Source of the DNA: Nitrospirota bacterium
GTDB lineage: Bacteria > Nitrospirota > Thermodesulfovibrionia > Thermodesulfovibrionales > Dissulfurispiraceae
Direction of reading: 5' to 3'
Assembly: GCA_963710375.1 (NCBI GenBank)
Contig: CAVPZX010000004.1
Span: 96,001 to 160,000, forward strand
Length of the DNA: 64,000 nucleotides
Part shown: positions 1 through 7,892 of the stretch, in pieces
Layout of the letters: every line of letters starts with the position of its first letter
Position numbering within the stretch: the first letter of the stretch is position 1
Position numbers and translations under genes: made by a program
Notes under the pieces: generated by a model
Databases searched by the model: none
What the model was told of the DNA's origin: nothing
The model's input: the letters and a program-made list of their open reading frames with translations, nothing else

Positions 1-2
1 TT

Positions 3-1547
3 GTCCGCATACTCGCACTTCTTATTCCCGGCAGCATTCTGGCCTATATGCTTTCAAAGAGTCCTGCTCCGGACCGGTGTCCCGCGATCTTTCTTTTCAT
101 CCTGTCCTTTGCCGCTGCCGCGTTGTTTTGGAGAGAGCCCGAGATGATAGTTGATACATCAAGGTATTTTACTCAGGCCAAGCACCTTGAACTATATGGG
201 ACCTGCTATTTCCTGGGAGAATGGGGAAAGACTATCGATATCTGGTCTGACCTGCCGTTGATGTCCTTCATCTATGGGATTGTCTTCAGATACCTGGGTG
301 AGGCTAGAATTTATGTCCAGTTGGTTACGACACTGCTCTTCTCATTTACAGTCGTGCTTACGTATATGATCGGTAAAGTGCTCTGGGACAAGGAAACCGG
401 CTTTTTCGGAGGCATGTTCCTGCTCGGCTTCCCGTTTATCTTTACCCAGGTGCCGCTTATGCTTGTGGATATACCGACGATGTTTTTCTTCACGTTTGCC
501 GTGTTTGCGTTCATTACAGCGCTTGACCGGGGGGGTATCTGGGTGCCTATTGCTGCCGCAGCCCTGTTTCTGGTTATTTTTTCGAAATATTCAGCGTGGC
601 TGATGCTCTCATTACTGATGATCATTGTTGCTGTGCGCCTGTTTCAGGACGGTCGTTCGCCGGGAGAAGTAACGGTAAGGTGGTACGGCTTACGAATAAT
701 TATTCCCATTCTATCCGCAGCACTTGCAGCCGGAGTTGTAATGCATTTAAAACATGACGTCTTCTTTTCGCAGATAGGTCTTCTGCTCTCTTATCAAAAA
801 CCGGGTCTAAGAAGATGGGGAGAAAGTTTCATCTCCACATTTCTTTTTCAGACGCATCCATTTATCTCTGCGGCTGCAGCTTTCTCAGTTTATAGCGCAT
901 TTAAAAAAAAGGACCCGAAGTATTTGATTGTTAGCTGGTGCATGCTGCTAATTGTTTTGCTCCAGATCAAACGGATACGCTATGCGATGATTGTATTCCC
1001 AACGTTTGCTCTTATGGCTGCCTACGGGATCACTGCTATCAGGGACATTGGTTTGAAAAGGCAGATCGTCTTTTCGGTTGTAGCCTGCTCACTCATTATT
1101 TCAGTGTTCGCCTATCTCCCTTTCCTGGAACAGACAAGCGCGCAGAATTTGCAGCGTGCCGGGGCATTCCTGAATACCCTACCTGGAAAAGACGTCGAAG
1201 TGGTGACGCTGCCCCGGAAAGACGATGACGTCAACATTGCTGTTTCGGTCCCAATCCTCGACCTCTTTACCAATAAGAGAATTCATTACACTTATAAGCT
1301 CCAGTACGCGCCATCCCCTGAAAAAATTGCGGTATCTCCACTTCGCTTTACCTGGATATATAAAAACCCCGAATACTATGAGGGCAATTTCGCTCCGGGT
1401 GAGCCTGTTGCAGTTATCAGCGGAGAGACTCCGGGCACGCTTCCCAAGACAGTCTCTAAAAAGTTGGTAATGCTTGAGCACTCAAAATCTTTCATTCTCG
1501 CCGATGATATATTTACCCACCAGACCTTTGTCACCGTCTATTACTGA
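3..1547 (+). CDS. Multi-pass glycosyltransferase family 39 (ArnT/PMT-like, GT-C fold); 5'-truncated by window edge
   Basis: Frame open from base 3; many TM helices; N-terminal loop D-x-x-R-Y, P-L motif and 'LVDIP' segment typical of PMT_2/ArnT. Confidence 0.7.
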   Translation, partial: VRILALLIPGSILAYMLSKSPAPDRCPAIFLFILSFAAAALFWREPEMIVDTSRYFTQAKHLELYGTCYFLGEWGKTIDIWSDLPLMSFIYGIVFRYLGEARIYVQLVTTLLFSFTVVLTYMIGKVLWDKETGFFGGMFLLGFPFIFTQVPLMLVDIPTMFFFTFAVFAFITALDRGGIWVPIAAAALFLVIFSKYSAWLMLSLLMIIVAVRLFQDGRSPGEVTVRWYGLRIIIPILSAALAAGVVMHLKHDVFFSQIGLLLSYQKPGLRRWGESFISTFLFQTHPFISAAAAFSVYSAFKKKDPKYLIVSWCMLLIVLLQIKRIRYAMIVFPTFALMAAYGITAIRDIGLKRQIVFSVVACSLIISVFAYLPFLEQTSAQNLQRAGAFLNTLPGKDVEVVTLPRKDDDVNIAVSVPILDLFTNKRIHYTYKLQYAPSPEKIAVSPLRFTWIYKNPEYYEGNFAPGEPVAVISGETPGTLPKTVSKKLVMLEHSKSFILADDIFTHQTFVTVYY

Positions 1548-1742
1548 TAACCCGCATTATTGATAAATTTATACAAGGATCAGGCAGGACATGGTGCTGA
1601 GCGGACTTTGACAGCCTAAGGGACACCAAGGATGGTGACACAGGCTGTCATAGCCTCGGAGCAAGGCCGGATGCCTTGCGAGAATGAGTGAAGCACTGTG
1701 GCCTGCCTGATCCTTGTATAAATTTATCAATAATGCGGGTTA
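1548..1742. mobile_element. Palindromic mini-element family A, copy 1 (MITE/REPIN-like)
   Basis: Perfect 41-bp inverted repeat 1548-1588/1702-1742, TA at both ends, non-coding; second copy inverted at 40699-40918. Confidence 0.8.
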
Positions 1743-1748
1743 AGCTCA

Positions 1749-1778
1749 TTGACAAAGAAAACCGCGTGTTTCTATACT
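1749..1778 (+). promoter_or_regulatory. sigma70-type promoter for yeeE-like gene
   Basis: TTGACA-18 bp-TATACT; GGAGG RBS at 1801. Confidence 0.55.
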
Positions 1779-1814
1779 ATCGAGGAAAACACATTCTTGG
1801 GGAGGTAGTTGTCT

Positions 1815-2894
1815 ATGGAAGAAAGTGTAATACAGAGTGCAAGCATCGGTTATGTTATCTCTGCGCTACTATGCGGAGGCCTACTAGGTTTCGTGCTCCA
1901 GCGCGGAAGATTCTGCATGAATTCTGCGTTTAGGGATGTCGTCTTCATTCAGGACCTTACTTTGTTCCGGGGCTACCTTATCGCTCTGGGAGTTATGATC
2001 GTCGGCTCTAATTTTCTTAATGACATGGGGTATATTAAACTGATGCCGCAGACATTCTATCCTTTGGCAAACATCGTTGGCGGCTATCTCTTCGGACTTG
2101 GCATGGTGATGGCGAGCGGCTGCGGCAGCGGAATCTATTTCAAGGCAGGGGAAGGTCAAATTGCAGCGGCTGTCGCCATATTGGGCTTTCTAATAACTGC
2201 CGGCGCAACACTATTCGGAGTCTTAAACCCGCTTTATACAGCTTTGAGAAGCGTTAAGATCGAGATTGCCGGAAAGTCGAATGCAATGCTGTGGGAGATT
2301 TTTGGCGACGGGATGACCACGAAATGGATAGTCATCGCCGTTATTGCCGCAGCGATCTTCATCTTCAGCCTTAAAGACAAGCCGTTTTCTATGGGGAAGC
2401 AAAAAGGCTTTTACTGGTCGGTCACGGGCCTGCTCCTCGGTTTTACCGGCATACTCACGTTTTGGGCCTCTCAGCACTGGGGCGGAGGATTCGCAAGAGG
2501 CATGAATTTCACCTCTCCTTCTGCTGAACTCATGTCAACCGTGGTAACGAACGATGCCCATTCGAAATTTTTCCCAATGTCTAGTATCGGCTATTTCACG
2601 GTGACATGGGCTGAAATAGCTGTGATCGGGGTGCCATTAGGTGCGTTTCTAAGCGCCAAGATGCTCAAGGAATTTTCATGGAAGGTCCCTTCCGCCCAGG
2701 AGCTGGTTACCGTTTTTTTGGGAAGTCTTCTCATGGGGTTTTCAGGTATTGTCGCCGGCGGCTGTAACGTCGGTCAGGGATTAACCGGTTGCACCACCCT
2801 TTCAATCGGAAGCATAAGTGCTACTATCGGTATAATACTCGGCAACTGGACAATGGTATACTTCAAATTTATCAAGCCGATGCAGGACGACTAA
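1815..2894 (+). CDS. YeeE/YedE family sulfur-compound (thiosulfate) transporter
   Basis: Motifs RGRFC, GMVMASGCGSG, AGGCNVGQG; ~9 TM helices. Confidence 0.9.
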   Translation: MEESVIQSASIGYVISALLCGGLLGFVLQRGRFCMNSAFRDVVFIQDLTLFRGYLIALGVMIVGSNFLNDMGYIKLMPQTFYPLANIVGGYLFGLGMVMASGCGSGIYFKAGEGQIAAAVAILGFLITAGATLFGVLNPLYTALRSVKIEIAGKSNAMLWEIFGDGMTTKWIVIAVIAAAIFIFSLKDKPFSMGKQKGFYWSVTGLLLGFTGILTFWASQHWGGGFARGMNFTSPSAELMSTVVTNDAHSKFFPMSSIGYFTVTWAEIAVIGVPLGAFLSAKMLKEFSWKVPSAQELVTVFLGSLLMGFSGIVAGGCNVGQGLTGCTTLSIGSISATIGIILGNWTMVYFKFIKPMQDD

Positions 2895-2922
2895 TACCCT
2901 GCATTTAGGATTAAATGTCATT

Positions 2923-2960
2923 AGGCCCGGAGGAATGGCGCATTACGACCCCCCGGGCCT
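2923..2960 (+). terminator. Hairpin after yeeE-like gene
   Basis: AGGCCCGG...CCGGGCCT followed by TATTATT. Confidence 0.4.
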
Positions 2961-3014
2961 TATTATTGAACTGGAAAATTGCTTGTTGCTAGCTGTAAAC
3001 TAATATAAAAGACT

Positions 3015-4409
3015 ATGAGATCTATCTCAACCATTATTCTTGGAGGCGGACTTGCAGGCCTTGCTGCGGGATACGGCTTAACAAAAGCAGGGGCCGGCAC
3101 AGAGGTTTTCGAGAATGATCCTGCTGTTGGTGGCCTTTCTAAGACAATCAGGAGCAACGGATTCTATTTTGACCTGGGAGGCCATCGCTTTTTTACAAAA
3201 AAGCCTGAAATCGATGCTCTCATTAGAAAACTGATGGGCGGTGAACTGATTTCCGTACCTCGACACAGCAAGATTTTTCTGCGCAATAACTATTTCGATT
3301 ACCCGTTAAAACCGCTAAATGCGCTCTTCGGAATGGGGATCCCGACCACAGTAAAGATAGTCGAAGACTATATCGCCGAAAAAGTGAAAGGTCTGAGGCA
3401 GTCACCCCCGCCGCTTTCGCTCGAGGATTGGGTGGTCGTCAATTTCGGACGCACCATGTTCGACATTTACTTCAGGGAATACAGCGAAAAAGTGTGGGGT
3501 ATAGACTGCAAGCGTATTAGTGCAGATTGGGTGGCGAAGAGAATCAGCGGGCTTTCGCTGGGCAGCGCAATCAAGAATGCTTTTTTCAAGGTCAGCGGGA
3601 GAAATATACCGTCGCTGGTGGACAGATTTATATACCCGCAGCTCGGCATAGGCCGCATTGCCGAAAGGCTCAGGGAGGAAATAGAAAAAGATAATGCTGT
3701 ATATGCCGGCTTCCCCGTAGTAAAGGTCAAGCACTCCCGGTCCGCAATCGATAGTATCGAAACAGTCGGCGGTCCGGGTGCCCGATATGCATCGGGAGAT
3801 GTATTCATATCGACTATTCCGATTACTACGCTGGTGCGGCTGCTGGATCCTCCTGCTCCCTCCTCTGTACTGATCGCCGCTTCCAAGCTCAGGTTCAGGA
3901 ATCTCGTTGTTGTAGCCGTTATGGCCGATAAAAAGAGGGCCACCGACCAGACCTGGATTTATATTCCGGAAAAGAAGATACCGTTCGGCAGGATTCACGA
4001 GCCGACGAATTGGAGCGGGAAGATGGCCCCTGAAGGAAAGACTCTCTTAGTAGCTGAATACTTCAGCTTTAAGGGAGACCGAATCTGGAATGCCTCCGAT
4101 GAGCAGCTTGCCGACGTTACATCCCGGGGGCTTGAGCAGATCGGGTTTATCAGGAGAAGTGAGGTTTTAGACAGTAATGTTGTGCGGGTAAAGCACGCGT
4201 ACCCGCTATTTGAAATCGGCTATGCAGAACAGTGTGAGGTTATTTACGGTTATCTGAACTCCTTCAGGAACCTTCACCTTGCAGGGAGGAGCGGCATGTT
4301 CAGATACTACAATATGGACCACGCTATAGAGTCAGGCCTGCGTGCTGCGGACTGGGTAATACAAGAGGCAATGGGCAAGAGGCAATGGGCGATAGGTATG
4401 GTTGCATAG
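3015..4409 (+). CDS. FAD-dependent oxidoreductase (protoporphyrinogen oxidase/UDP-galactopyranose mutase-like)
   Basis: GGGLAG Rossmann motif, GGL...FDLGGHRF, C-terminal GRSGMFRYYNMDHA. Confidence 0.8.
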   Translation: MRSISTIILGGGLAGLAAGYGLTKAGAGTEVFENDPAVGGLSKTIRSNGFYFDLGGHRFFTKKPEIDALIRKLMGGELISVPRHSKIFLRNNYFDYPLKPLNALFGMGIPTTVKIVEDYIAEKVKGLRQSPPPLSLEDWVVVNFGRTMFDIYFREYSEKVWGIDCKRISADWVAKRISGLSLGSAIKNAFFKVSGRNIPSLVDRFIYPQLGIGRIAERLREEIEKDNAVYAGFPVVKVKHSRSAIDSIETVGGPGARYASGDVFISTIPITTLVRLLDPPAPSSVLIAASKLRFRNLVVVAVMADKKRATDQTWIYIPEKKIPFGRIHEPTNWSGKMAPEGKTLLVAEYFSFKGDRIWNASDEQLADVTSRGLEQIGFIRRSEVLDSNVVRVKHAYPLFEIGYAEQCEVIYGYLNSFRNLHLAGRSGMFRYYNMDHAIESGLRAADWVIQEAMGKRQWAIGMVA

Positions 4410-4500
4410 GCATACAAGAGGAAATGGGCAATGGGCGATTAGCTGAAGAGTCTTTGTCCCGGATTTTTTACCTATTGCCTATAGCCCATTGCCTATAGCT
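4365..4500. repeat. Inverted degenerate heptamer arrays
   Basis: GGCAATG/GGCGATA units followed by CCTATTG/CCCATTG units; overlaps 3' end of upstream CDS. Confidence 0.7.
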
Positions 4501-4508
4501 TGTATTTT

Positions 4509-5933
4509 ATGAAATGCGCACTGGTGATACCTGCGTGGGTGCCTGAGGATATCTTTTCTTCCAAAACTGCAAGCTCGCAAATCAATTACTGGCAGCCGCT
4601 GGGCACACTTTACGTTGCCGCTGTTTTGCGGGATGCAGGGCATGAAGTCCGTTTCCTGAACGGCGCATTTCTTACTCACGACGCCATTTGCGCTCAGTTA
4701 AAGGCATTCAACCCCGGCTATATTGGTCTCTATTCCACAACTTTCGGCTGGGGAAAGGCCAAAAAGGCGGCAGAGGATTTCAAGGTATTGCTCGGCAGGC
4801 AGGTTTTTATATGTGCCGGAGGCCCCTATCCTATTGCAATGCAGGAGAAGTGTCTGGCAGATGCCGGGACATCGCTGGATGCCATAATCACGGGGGAGGG
4901 TGAATACTCTTCCCTCGAACTCATAGAGCGGCTCGAAACCGGCAGTGGACTTGAAGGTGTTAAAGGAGTTGTTTACCGTGAAGGCGGCAGGATAATAAAG
5001 AATCCGCCAAGGCCGTTAATCTCCGACCTGGATGCCATTCCATTCCCGGCAAGAGAACTGCTGGGCGATGCCGGGCAGTATATCCCGCCGCCTGCCACCT
5101 ACCGCAGAAAGCCTGTTGCCGTGATCATTACTTCCAGGGGATGCAACAGAAACTGCATCTATTGTTTTCAAATTGATAAAACCAGAGAGACCGGCATACG
5201 CTACCGCAGCGTTGAAAACGTATTGAAAGAAATAGAGCACTGTCTTAACGAGGGGTATCGGGAGATTAAATTTATCGATGATACTCTTGCCGCCGATTAC
5301 AGCCGGGCCATGCGGCTTGCCGGCGAGATAAAGGCCAGAAGGTTTGACTTCACCTGGTTTGCTTCAGCGTGTGTGAACCAGGTCGATAAACCGCTGCTCC
5401 AGGCTTTTAAAGATGCAGGCTGCTGGGCGATACTGTTCGGTGCGGAGAGCGGCGTTCAGAAGAACCTCAACACGATCAGGAAAGGGACAACCCTCGCGCA
5501 GATACGCACAGCGGTTAAGACGGCACAGGAGGTGGGACTAAAGGTAAGCACGCCCTTTATGTTCGGTATCCCGGGAGAAACATACGAGGAGGGTCTGGAG
5601 ACGATAGATTTTGCAGTGGACCTTAACCCCGACATCGCAAACTTTCACGCCATCACGCCTTTCCCCGGCACATACCTTTATGATAACCTGGAAAAATTCG
5701 GGCATCTGTCCGATGAACTCTCAGACTTCACGTATCAGGGAGCGGCATTCGTGCCTTATACCATGACAAGAGAGGAGATTATAAAGCTGCGCAGGACAGC
5801 GTTCAGGAAATTCTACGGCAGGCCGTCCTTTATTCTCAGAAAACTGCTCGAATTGAGAACTCCCCACGATTTCTCGGTCGCGTTTAAAAGTATGAGGAGC
5901 CTATTCTGGCTGCTTGTAAATAACGACAAGTAA
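4509..5933 (+). CDS. Cobalamin-binding radical SAM protein (class B methyltransferase-like)
   Basis: PLGTLY and GGPYP B12-binding domain; SRGCNRNCIYC motif; GAESG; TPFPGT. Confidence 0.9.
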   Translation: MKCALVIPAWVPEDIFSSKTASSQINYWQPLGTLYVAAVLRDAGHEVRFLNGAFLTHDAICAQLKAFNPGYIGLYSTTFGWGKAKKAAEDFKVLLGRQVFICAGGPYPIAMQEKCLADAGTSLDAIITGEGEYSSLELIERLETGSGLEGVKGVVYREGGRIIKNPPRPLISDLDAIPFPARELLGDAGQYIPPPATYRRKPVAVIITSRGCNRNCIYCFQIDKTRETGIRYRSVENVLKEIEHCLNEGYREIKFIDDTLAADYSRAMRLAGEIKARRFDFTWFASACVNQVDKPLLQAFKDAGCWAILFGAESGVQKNLNTIRKGTTLAQIRTAVKTAQEVGLKVSTPFMFGIPGETYEEGLETIDFAVDLNPDIANFHAITPFPGTYLYDNLEKFGHLSDELSDFTYQGAAFVPYTMTREEIIKLRRTAFRKFYGRPSFILRKLLELRTPHDFSVAFKSMRSLFWLLVNNDK

Positions 5934-6022
5934 AGGCAGGGGTAGTTGTTTTACTGACGGGCTTGACTAGTTCGCCCAGGCATGCTAAGTTTTAATCACA
6001 CTATATCGTACAGGAGGCTATT

Positions 6023-6220
6023 ATGGACAGAGAAGACAGGTACTTGGGCATGATTACTATTTTTTCGTTTTTGGTAGGCGGGGCTGTAGGTGCGGGATTA
6101 GCGCTTCTTTTGGCTCCCCAGTCCGGCAAGAAGACAAGGAGACAGATAAGAGAGATTGCCGAGGACCTTTCAGAGCAGGCCACCGGTTATGCAGACAGGG
6201 TGAAAAAGAAGGTATTTTAA
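6023..6220 (+). CDS. YtxH domain small protein
   Basis: FLVGGAVGAGLALLLAPQSGKKTR signature; AGGAGG RBS. Confidence 0.85.
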   Translation: MDREDRYLGMITIFSFLVGGAVGAGLALLLAPQSGKKTRRQIREIAEDLSEQATGYADRVKKKVF

Positions 6221-6246
6221 GCGCCCTTCAGGGCTTTTACTTTTAA

Positions 6247-7047
6247 ATGCAAAACGGGACTATGAAGCGTTATTCGATCATTCATCCCCTATACATGTCT
6301 TTTTTTTCGAAATCTTTGTACAGGGATGTCGCCGCTAACTGGAGGGGGCTGTGCCTGAACTATCTCCTTATAGTCCTCACCTTAAATCTGATTCCGGATA
6401 TGGTCAGGCTGCATGAACGCGTTGCTGACTTCCTCGTTGACGAAGTCCCCAAAGTTGTTCATCAGGTCCCGACTATCACTATTTCCGAAGGCACAGCGTC
6501 TGTAAATGTGCCTGTCCCGTACGTCATAAATGCGCCATGGAGCAAGCTGCCATTTGCAGTTATCGATACCTCTGCCGGGGCCGCTCCACCTGCGGACTTA
6601 AAAGCGACTCTTATGCTGACAAGGACAAAACTTACGGTAAAAGGCGACGACTCCGAGATACACTCGTTTGACTTTGCACGGATACATCATGCCGTGATTG
6701 ACAGGGACCTGATCAATCGCTGGTTGGAGGCATTTAAAGATAATTTTATTTTTGCGGTTTATCCTTTTGCCCTTTTTTTCGCCTTCCTGTATTATTTTAT
6801 TCAGGCCTTGCTCTGCGCTTCTATAGGAATGTTTTTTGCTAAAATGGTTAATCTGGACCTGAAAGCCCGTGCATTGATCCGTCTCTCAGTCGTAGCTTTC
6901 ACTCCTCCGCTTGTGCTTCAGACGGTGCATTCCTTGCTGGATATAGAATTCCCCTATAGCGGCGTTATATCCTTTGTGCTGGCAACCTGCTATATGTACT
7001 TTGCAGTAAGTTCCTGTTCCGAGAAAACAGTATCGAAGGTAGTGTAA
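6247..7047 (+). CDS. Membrane protein, DUF1189-like
   Basis: N-terminal TM, VPTITISEG periplasmic segment, three C-terminal TMs. Confidence 0.6.
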   Translation: MQNGTMKRYSIIHPLYMSFFSKSLYRDVAANWRGLCLNYLLIVLTLNLIPDMVRLHERVADFLVDEVPKVVHQVPTITISEGTASVNVPVPYVINAPWSKLPFAVIDTSAGAAPPADLKATLMLTRTKLTVKGDDSEIHSFDFARIHHAVIDRDLINRWLEAFKDNFIFAVYPFALFFAFLYYFIQALLCASIGMFFAKMVNLDLKARALIRLSVVAFTPPLVLQTVHSLLDIEFPYSGVISFVLATCYMYFAVSSCSEKTVSKVV

Positions 7048-7062
7048 AATGGAGAAGCTTTA

Positions 7063-7178
7063 GAATTATGAATTAAGAATTACGAATTAAGAATTAAGGA
7101 AAGGCGATTCAGGATTAGGAATTATGGACAAAATCTTATGTTCATTGATTCCTAATTCCTAATTCGTAATTCCTAATT
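7063..7178. repeat. Inverted degenerate heptamer arrays
   Basis: (GAATTAN)x5 then (TAATTCC/G)n. Confidence 0.75.
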
Positions 7179-7198
7179 TTATTTGTTGGGAGGATGAA

Positions 7199-7750
7199 AT
7201 GCCACAAGTCGCGGTGCTGCTTGCAGATGGTTTCGAGGAAGTTGAGGCAATGGCAATTATCGATACTTTACGGAGGGCCGACATAATAGTGGTTATTGCC
7301 GGTTTGCATGCAGGACATATTGAAAGTGCCAGGCACGTCAAGGTCATTCCTGATACTGTCATCGATACAATACAAGCCGATAATTTTGACATGCTTGTGC
7401 TCCCCGGCGGCCAGCCAGGGGCCGACAACCTCAATGCGGATGGACGTGTCAAATTACTGATCAAGGAATTTTTCAATAAAGGAAAGCTCACAGGAGCTAT
7501 ATGCGCAGCGCCATATGTACTGGCAAACGCGGGTATCCTTGAGGGAAGGCAGACTACGGCATACCCCACATTCAAGGACAGGCTCTGTAATGCACTATAC
7601 CGGGATGAAAATGTTGTAACAGATGGACAGGTTCTCACAAGCAAAGGCCCGGGAACAGCGTTGGAATTTGGGATCGCCATTATTGAGAGGCTTGTAGGCC
7701 GCGAGAAGGCTGAAGCCGTTAAGAAAGCCATGCTGGTGACGGGCTCGTAA
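7199..7750 (+). CDS. DJ-1/PfpI family protein (YajL/ThiJ-like)
   Basis: GFEEVE, LPGG, AICAAP catalytic Cys, TSKGPGT. Confidence 0.92.
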   Translation: MPQVAVLLADGFEEVEAMAIIDTLRRADIIVVIAGLHAGHIESARHVKVIPDTVIDTIQADNFDMLVLPGGQPGADNLNADGRVKLLIKEFFNKGKLTGAICAAPYVLANAGILEGRQTTAYPTFKDRLCNALYRDENVVTDGQVLTSKGPGTALEFGIAIIERLVGREKAEAVKKAMLVTGS

Positions 7751-7863
7751 AAAGTCCAGATGCCGCGTTGCGCCGCATCCTTCGTCAACTGCGGCGTACC
7801 GGTAAGTACGCCTCATTCCTCAGGATTTGGGCGCCTTGCCTCTGGCGCTTTTTACGAACCCGT
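7739..7863. mobile_element. Palindromic mini-element family C, copy 1
   Basis: Ends ACGGGCTCGTAAAAAG/CTTTTTACGAACCCGT; internal GGCGTAC..GTACGCC hairpin; homologous to 60931-61056. Confidence 0.8.
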
Positions 7864-7892
7864 ATGTTTTATAGAAAGGGGGTGCGGTTAAG

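Noticed and set aside
7063..7178. CRISPR array in short-repeat regions
   Set aside because: Units are 7-8 bp, tandem and without spacers; no cas genes
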